Of a stretch of DNA of 64,000 bases, positions 1 to 9,600 are shown piece after piece; within the stretch, counting starts at the first letter, position 1; every line of letters begins with the position of its first letter. Both the position numbers and the translations under genes were made by a program. The notes under the pieces are model-generated. The model ran no database searches. It was not told the origin of the DNA and saw nothing but the letters and a program-made list of their open reading frames with translations. The DNA comes from Auanema rhodensis (lineage: Eukaryota > Animalia > Nematoda). Where the stretch lies: assembly GCA_964057225.1 (NCBI GenBank), contig OZ059899.1, positions 8,742,001 through 8,806,000 of the forward strand, written 5' to 3'.

Positions 1-526
1 CTTAAGAAACAAATGTCTTTCTTTCTTCACTAAATTGTGCTAAACGTTATAAGAGAGCATATCTGAAGATTATTAATCGACATTCTTTGTTTATAAAGTC
101 TCTCATCTATTAACCACTTTTTCGTGCATTTCCCTCCATTGGGAATTCATTTTGACGTATCTTTCGAACCTTTCCATCTTGAATGAACTTAAGATCGAAA
201 GTATGAAATTTCCTAGTTATACATAGATGAATACATATATCCATATATACATTCAGGTATTAGCCATTAAATCCTTGGCAACAAAATATTTTATACAGAT
301 GTTTCACTAACTACTTTCTTCAACTAGTATTCTACCACAATCTAGCTATTGATCGTGTTTTCTTTAAGTATTTCATTTATTATTACTTTTCTTTCAATCA
401 TATAGTTGATATTTTCTTTTTTTAAGAGATTTTAAGAGAGATGCTTATTTCAGATTTTATACAAAATTCAAAAATTCTTTTAATGTAATTCTTGAACAGA
501 CATCAATTATTTGAAATTCCGTCAAT

Positions 527-2283
527 ATGTTAACATATTTTCTGGTAATCGTTTCACATTATATATAAATTTCTTTTAAACATTTATTTCTGTCATTACG
601 TAATAATTAAAAAACGTTTTTCAAAGCTTTATCTAAGCTTGTTATTCATTCTTATTCATCAACTATAATGTCACCAAGTATAATTCAAAGTTAATGCAAG
701 ATAGATAGAAACATCAAGATGATTTATATAAACATAACTATAAATTTATTTATTTATATTAAGATTTTCATTATTTCAACTAATGCATTACGTGTATATG
801 ATGCCATACCAGGTATGATAATTGAAAATAATTTGAAATCGATGTACAAAGAATCAGGTTGTTTCAAAAAATAAAATTTAAATTTAAATATTATTTAAAG
901 GTCCATATGTTAAAGAAAAGATATGTGATGATGAAGAATGTTATGTTATATATGATATATTTGGATTTATTGGATATGAGTAAGATCTTATAATTAATTA
1001 TTTCAATATTATTTTAAAATCTTTTCAGACCATGCTTTATACGAGTTTTTGGTTTAGATTTCTCATTTAATTTAGGATATTCAGTAGCATTATTAGAAAC
1101 ACCTAAAGGTATTATATTTATAATTATATTAAATTTTTATTATTATTATTGAAAAATATTTTAAATTTTCAAAAAATATATAGATTTGTTTTAAATTTAA
1201 TGGTTTACGTTCATGACAATCTAGAAATTCTCAAAACTTTTCCTTAATAGTTAATAAATAAATTTATTTCTTAGTCTTCAATCAACAATTTTATAATACA
1301 TCATTATGGATGCCTAATAAAGCTAAAATTGACTATGATACATATCCTCCTGCAATATGTGGTAATGAAAGATTTTGTTATAAATTAAATATTTTGAATT
1401 AAGATGCTTTTTTCTGGAGTGGAGCTATACCACGATATTCTCTCAATAAAACTTATGACATTGTTATAGTTGGTTTAGGTGGTGGCGATTTTTCTAATTT
1501 TTATGATGTAACATATCCTCATGTAAGTTTTATATTAATTATTTAAATAAATTATAAATTTAGTTAAATATATCTGTGGTTGAAATAAGTGAAACTGTAA
1601 CACAAATTGCAAAAAAATGGTTTAATGTCACTGAATCAGATAGATATCGTATAATTGTGGAAGATGGAGTTTCATTTTTTGAACAACAATTACAAGAAGG
1701 TAGAGGTTTTTTCTCTTTTTCGTTTATTTGTGATTTATATTTATATTTCAAACATAATATGTATATAGGCAAAAAATATGATGGAATTCTGTTAGATGCA
1801 ACATATTCATCGATGAATGCTCGATATGTATCACCAGTTGCTGAGTTTTTGGATCCAATTACCATACAAATGTTAGCAAATGTTATTCATCAAGAAGGTA
1901 TATATATTAATAATTATTTCCATATTTATTTATAAATTAACTATTTTCTAGGAGTTTTAGTGAGCAATGTAGTCATTGGATCATTTGAAACAAATCCAAC
2001 TTTAGCAAAAATTCAAGTAACACGAATTACTTTTAAGCTTAGATACAAACTATTACAAACTTATTTACAGATTTGTGAGTTGTTTCAAAAATTTTTTGAA
2101 TATGTGGATCTTATAGAAGTCAGTCCCTTTAACTCGGTTAGTATTCTATATTTTTATTTGAGAAAATTAGTTGTTGAACATATTATGTTTAAGGTTTTAA
2201 TTGCTCGACATTTACCTTTTCAACATAATCCAAAGCCTGAATTATTTCATAAACATATACCATTTCAATTTCTACAATTATAA
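527..2283 (+). CDS. SAM-dependent methyltransferase-like protein (spermidine-synthase/METTL13 C-terminal-like fold) with predicted signal peptide; multi-exon
   Basis: Manual splicing: exon 1 527-544 (MLTYFL) joins exon 2 at 764 (IFIISTNALRVYDA...). Motif I YDIVIVGLGGG, then VVEIS, IIVEDG, KYDGILLDA and GVLVSN are typical of this family. Stop TAA 2281-2283. Confidence 0.8.
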
Positions 2284-3788
2284 TTTATCATGTACATACA
2301 TACATATATATATTTTTCTTTTTCATTCATTGAATTGTTTTTATTATTTATTTTTGTAATTAATAAGAAATCTTTTGAATGACGTATTGTTAAATGTCAT
2401 TGAAACTGCTTAAGAAAGTTCGCGATGACGTGTCATAAGAATAAATTCGAGAATTTGTGAAAATTTAAGATTTACCATACTATAGTAGTTGATGTTTCGT
2501 TTGTATATAAGAAAGAAAGCTTTGAACAATTACAAGATGAAATTTCATTTTGTATTGTATTGAATTACAATAGGAAGACACGAAAACTACAAAGTGATTG
2601 TATTAGCTCACATTTAAACTTTTCGAAAAGTAAATGACATACATATATAGAAGATATAACAAGAGATAGAAACATTCATTTAAACAATTAGTGAAGTCTT
2701 CCTTTCTCTCAATCTTTCACCTTCTCTTGTTCTCGATGCACCTTTACTTAGTCATGTTCATCATTCTCTCTTTCTCTCAAATGGTGTTCAGCTTTTCGTA
2801 TTCGGCTGCCGCGATCATCTTTACTGTATGTGAACGATGCTGACTGGGTGGACACTTGAGAAGACCTCCCTACGTCTACATTTGGTCACATCCCTCCTTT
2901 ACAGACTCTATCGTCAACTTACACATCATAGATTACATGAACAGTAGAGACGTACAGATAAAGAGACAAATGAAGAGATGGATAGAGAGATTCAGAGCAA
3001 AGAAGCTTTCTACTTCTCAAACACTTGAAAACCTGAGTTGTCGGCCGCTCCCGAGAAGGAAAACCAACAGCTGTTAGATGAAGACTCAGTATCTTACACA
3101 TGTAGTACTGGTGGGTATTGTATTATTCTCATTATATTTCTTCATTTAATGACTTGGTCACTCATTTTCCGTCTGTATTACGTGGTTGAGTCTTCATTGA
3201 AATCTGAAGATTAGCGATCGTCGAGTATATAGGAAAAAATTAATTTTCATTGTAATCAAAGAAAATTTGCTAAAACATTTCCAAAAAAAAAAAAGAAAAG
3301 GAAATGTTTTCAATAATTTAGTTATTTTAAATGTTTTGTTCACATTTTTATCTTTTAAACGGAATAAAAATCATGCACATCATTCAGTAATGTCAACGAA
3401 TCATCATCCAATCCTGAATCACTAATTTGAACTTTTTCTCGCAATTTTTGTTTCTCGTTTTATTATTTTCATTTATATATATTTCACTTTTTGTGTTTAG
3501 AAATCATTTGAAACGACTACCTTTTTTCTTAGAATTTCGAGACCCTTGAATGCCATTTCATTAACATAACGTCCTCTCTATTTCTTTCTTAAAAATTCTA
3601 TTTTATTGGTCAAAAACGACAAAAAAAAGAAAGAAAAGAGAAAAAGGTATTACTCTAACGTTTTTTCTTTTTATTTCTTTATATTATATAAGTAAAAGAG
3701 AAGAATAACTAGTTGTATAGAAAATTCACTAAAAGCAATATGTTTTTTTAAACTAATTTGATGATTTTCTTATAAAAAGAAGTAAATA

Positions 3789-3804
3789 ATATATATATAT
3801 ATAC

Positions 3805-3873
<69 letters not shown>
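3789..3873. repeat. (TA)n microsatellite, imperfect at its 5' end
   Basis: Visible dinucleotide run. Confidence 0.95.
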
Positions 3874-3879
<6 letters not shown>

Positions 3880-5354
3880 TATATATTATTATATTATAAA
3901 AGTTTTCTCACCTACTATATCTTCTTATCTTTTACTTGTTACCCTTGAAACAACACCATGCTGGGTATATGATTATACCGTCCTCATATTCTATTTCTTT
4001 TCGATAAGATCTTTCACGGATCTCTTAATTCAACCACCTGTTCCAATCATTCTATTTTACTTTCTCAATACTAACATGTCTAGTTTGTAAATAATATATA
4101 TATACTATATACATTACAATATAATTAATATTTAAATAAAAATTCTAAAAATTGTATTTATAATCAAAATAATTTCTTTTTCATTCTATATTCATCAACT
4201 ATCATCATTCTTTCTTATCTTAATTCTTTCTTTTACCTTCTGTATTTCCGCCATCTATTACTTTTCTCTTCACCTCAATATGCCCCAGCCCACCATAGCT
4301 CCGCCCACATCTAGCCGCAGACGACAAAAACGGAACAAGGTGTCTTGTTCTATCTAGCTAAATCAAAATCATATATTTGAATTTCATTAATGAAATCAAA
4401 TTATTTCAAGCAATTAAAACCTTTTACATTTTCTTCTAAAGTTTTTATTTTGTGTCATATTCTTTATTAGAAAAAAACAATTACAAAAGTTATAATAAGA
4501 TATTATCTTACTATAACTAGATAGATATTTGGTTTTGCCTAGATCTTAAAATATTCATTTACTATGTGTAAACTCATATATCTTTTCTTTTTAATGTTCC
4601 TCAAAAGTTTCTTACTAATGTATTTTAACTATTTTCATATTGATTATCTATAACTTGAACGTTAATCTTTTCTTTTGTATTATTATTATTATATAAGTAA
4701 AATATATTCATTTTAATATTATTTATTTGTATTCAACTACTAATTCCTTCAATAGTTTTTTCTCAAAACGTTTTGAAATAGAGATGTTTTCTCTCATATT
4801 GCCCTATCCGGATTTTTGTGAACCTCTTATGTTGTCTCGGCTTTCAAACAATTCTCGTTATCACTAATATTTCTCTAATAATAGATTATATTTATTTTTT
4901 CTATATATACAAATACAACTATTCTTACTGCAATTCATTAAAAATATAAATTTGAGTTGTCGTTGTACGGGAGGTTATCTACTCTCATTAAGCATCTCTT
5001 GAACTAATATCCATATTTCTATCCAATAATGCCTATAATCCTTACAGTTTCATCGTTTTTCCATTCATTTCTCTCTCTCAATTTCTATCTATCTAGTTAA
5101 CCTGGTCAACATCATCCGTCTTTACCGGAACGTAATTACCTATCTGGACACTTGATTGTTTTCTCGGACATTCTATATTCGAAGCAAACGGCTTTACCTA
5201 CCGCTCAACACCTGCCTGATTTCCGGACGCAAATCTAGTTGCCATTCGCTATTTTTTCTTTTCTGGCCATCGTCTGAAAGAACATCTGGCCTTCCGACAG
5301 ACGAGACAACAGACAGTCAGTCATTGACGTGCATGATAGTGTGAGCAACAAGCC

Positions 5355-6631
5355 ATGAGCCGATTGCTCTTACTTCTGGCTCTACTTAATGGAGGTGAGT
5401 TAATTTTCTTTTAATTATTTGTTTATATATTTATATTCTCAACTATTATTTTCTATTGAACTTTTTTTTTAATTTAATGAAATTGAAAAAAGAAAAGATG
5501 TGATGTTGCTTAACACCTATTTCTTTTCTTTTTTTTCGATACATGTACCAGTTTTTGAATGCTAATGTTCAAATTCCATTAAAATCCGAACTTTCGTTTA
5601 TATGACCAAATTAGTGTGAATGAAAGTGATCTAGGCTCACCTCCATGTTCCTAAATGAGCAGAATCGCTAACATCTGGAGATGTTTAGCTCACATCACTC
5701 TTATCTGGACTATTTGTTTTGAGGTTCTTGAACAAAAAAGACCCACAGAACAGGTCAACAGGTGATGTTTCACTCAATAAAGAACATGCACAACCGAGAG
5801 AACTAGAGAAACCTAAACGATTCACAACCTCTATGGATCACCATTCTCATCATATCAAATAGTATTTTCTATTTGTTTTCAGTCATTTGCTCATAAAAAA
5901 ACCGTTCAAATCTCTCTATATCCCCGTTCATTCTCTTTCTCTCTCTCTCTTTCAACTTATTTACGAATTTAACATGGATTGTATGCGTGAACTATCCTTG
6001 TTCATCAAATAACACATCAACATCATTATTACCAAAGCCAATAATTGATGTCGTCTTTTGTATTCAAACAAATGAAATTGTCATTTTCTTTTATCTATGA
6101 AATATATAACAATCATCTAAAAAGAAAATGAGATAAAAGAGCACCGGATATATACCAATCTGGCTGTAAATATGACGAATTATCGATATGTAAACCTTTT
6201 CCCTTATTTCTTTTATAAGATGATTCATTTATTTCTTTGATTTTCTAACCTTCTTATTTGACTTTATCGTTCAAATACATTTTATTCAAAGGCAAATGTT
6301 TTAACTTTCATTCGGTTTGAATTGAATGAACATCAAAAACAATAATAATAGTAAATCGATATATATATTTTCAAAAATATTTATATATAGATATTATTTA
6401 TTTATTTTCATTAAAAGTGAACAAACGAATCTGATTTGACACAGTGACCCTAGATGAAATAAGGTCTTCTTGATTAGTTTCTGTCCTCAAAAACTTGCCA
6501 GACAGACGCTTGAATTTTTGCGCTCCAAAGCGAAAAAACGTTTTCAATAGAAAAACCAAAAACTGCAGATGGTCCATATGTATTTAATCTTTTATAAAAA
6601 TTCAAAAATATAATTATAAGTCTAATGTGAT

Positions 6632-6673
<42 letters not shown>

Positions 6674-9600
6674 AAATTATTATATTTATATAATTTCCAA
6701 AAAATAATGGAACATGTTGTATGAATTCCATCATTAGTCATGTTAATCTGATAGTTTCATCAGATATACTAAGATTTTGACATTTTGAACTATTTCATTT
6801 CTATCTAATCCTTATTATTCTGAAAATGGCAACAAAACATTCAAATCACACCTCAGTTCAGATTAGCCAATCAACTAGCTGGCTATTGGCCTGTCTATCT
6901 CAATGGAGGTAGCATCATATTGGCCAAGGACGCTGAGATGAGTTATTCCATTTTGGGGATTATAAAAACGGAATCATGGTTAACAAGCGCATAGCGGATC
7001 CTTTTTGAGAGTATTGTCCGATGGTCAAACCATTTAATTTCATCAGAATTGATTGAAAAAAATTAGTATGAAAAAACATATTTTTGCCATTCTACTCATA
7101 GCAGCAGTAATGCATCAAATTCTTTCAATAAATACAATTTGTTTGTAATGTTCACAACATTAAGCATTTAAGAAAGATTAGTTTTTAACATACAAATAGT
7201 AAAAATAGCTTGAAGCTTTTACACAACCAAGATCTTTTCTTGAAATTTCGCCAATTATGAGTTTAATATAATAATTAGTCGAATATGCATCTAGTAGTCC
7301 ACTTGACAAGTGGATGGGAGAACGAACGTATGTACGTATATGAGGTGATTGTCGTCATCGTTGTCGCAGAAAGGGTGCGGAGGGAAAAGACAAGTTCATC
7401 TGATTCATAGATGTCTCTATACATCTACAACTCATCTACTTTATTTTTATTCGTTCTATCCGTAACTCTCTCTATCTATATATATCTTTCTTTCTATGTC
7501 TTTCTCTGTTCGGAGAGAGGTACAAGGAGATGGTCTCTTGAAATCCTTATAGCACTGTAATACTGATCATATGAAGACAATTAATAATCTCGATCTCTAA
7601 TATTATTACTTCAGTATTCCAGAATTATATTGAAAAACTAATTTAGGTTTATATTATAATAAGACATTAGCGATCATATAGCTAAATAATCCAAAACTAA
7701 ACCTTTTCATGCAGGTTTTAGATTTCTATCTCTCTAATCAGCAAGATTATAAATACAAGTGAAATTATGAGAATTATAGAGAAATTATAATAACCTTTGA
7801 ATGAGATCAAACAATGTTTTCAAAACTAAACAGTGATTCACTTCAGTTTTTAAATTTTTTTAACGGTTTTATCATGAATAAAGCTTATTATTCAAGCAAA
7901 TAACTGCCCCTTCATGTTAGTTTCGGCCTCCTTTTTGAGAAAAAAGGCGAAATAGTGCGGAACGGTTGGTTTCCCCCATCAAATCATCCATCCCAGCTAT
8001 ACAAATCTAATTGTAACTTTCTTTTTTGTGTTATGTTCAAGCTATATTACGGGTTGGTTATGGAGCAAAAAGATTTAGAAGGTAGAACATGAATAGACTA
8101 ATGACCTGTATACATATATCCTTTTCCTATTCTTTTCACCGCTTTTTTTCTAGTTAATGTTTACTGGTCTTTATAGAAAGGTTATGATATGCTCATAACG
8201 GTAGGGTATTAATACCCATGAAAGGCTAACACAGCCTCTTCATGACCTGTAGATATTGTTGACACATATGACATCATATGTATTAAGAAACTATGTCGGC
8301 AAAATCTTTTTTTTTCTTTTATACGATATCGTTATGCTTTTGATCATCCGGAAGCATATAGTGATAACGTTCTTAAAGATTGTGATTTAAACAAATAATA
8401 CTAAAACAATAGATAAATAATAAAAAAAATAATTATAAGAAATGAGATTAGCATATCTATGATTATAAAAATGCAAAAAGAGGGTAAAATTAACAGATTT
8501 TCAACAATATTATTAACATATATATGAATTAATTGAAGAAAATACAATCATTCTATTTCCGTTTTACATCGTATACAAACTAGAAAAAGCTATCTAGTTT
8601 AACTTTTTTGTAATCAACCATGTTTAGTACAAGTTTTGAAAATATTATAAGATATAAATGAAATCTAGTTTGAACATCCGCTTCAATAAGAAGATTTTTT
8701 TTCTCTGAAAAAAAAATATTATTTCGTTGTGTTAGATGGCATAGTTAGTATTAAGTCAGAATGATTTTCTATTCAAACTCTATATTCAATTACGACATTT
8801 GCCCTTTTCTATAGATGGAATCTATATAACAACCTTTTCTATCTCATCAATAGGTGTAATAACCGTTGTTTAGAAAACAACAACTACTACTGAAGAGGAG
8901 ATTGAGAGAAATACAATAATTGTCAGTTGACTGACTGAATGACTGACAATCCCTTGATTTCTATATGGTCATCATCAATCGATAATTACATTGCTTATTA
9001 TTCTGAGTAAGGTAGAGAAACGAGAGAAAGGGGAGAGAAGGATGTGGATGAGGAGCGAAAGGCCATGAACGGATCAGCAGCCTTTCTTCTCATCATCACC
9101 TCATCTCTTCACTATTTTTTCCGGAACAATATATGAAGGCATAAGAGAAGGGTAAAATCCAATTTATATTCAAGAAATAAAGAATTTTCTTTATTTTTTG
9201 AAGAGAAGGGGTTATCAAATAAAACTATCGATGATGTATTTGATTGAGACACATATGGATGTTGTTACAGTAATATCCGTCTTTCTTGTACTTTGCCAAA
9301 TAGAGAGTAAGTACAAGAATCCTCTCAAGTGATGAGGAAAGAGCAAGTATACCACTTATGTCGAATAATTATTTATCTTCTTATGATGTATCCTTTAGAT
9401 CATTAAATTTATCCAGCTAGATTACATATATATCAGAGATTGTAAAAGGCTTTTCAAGTTATATCTCAGATAACCCTTGTCTTTTCTCTCTTTCTCTTTG
9501 ATATCTTACCCATTGCTCTATTTACTTTTGCTCAAATCAGAAAAAAACGATTTTACTCAAAAGACAAGCAAAAACAGAAGTGGACATCACAACTTTTTGA

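Noticed and set aside
8161-8252. tRNA interpretation of the cloverleaf-like fold
   Set aside because: No GTTC T-loop or A/B boxes, and arm geometry is wrong.
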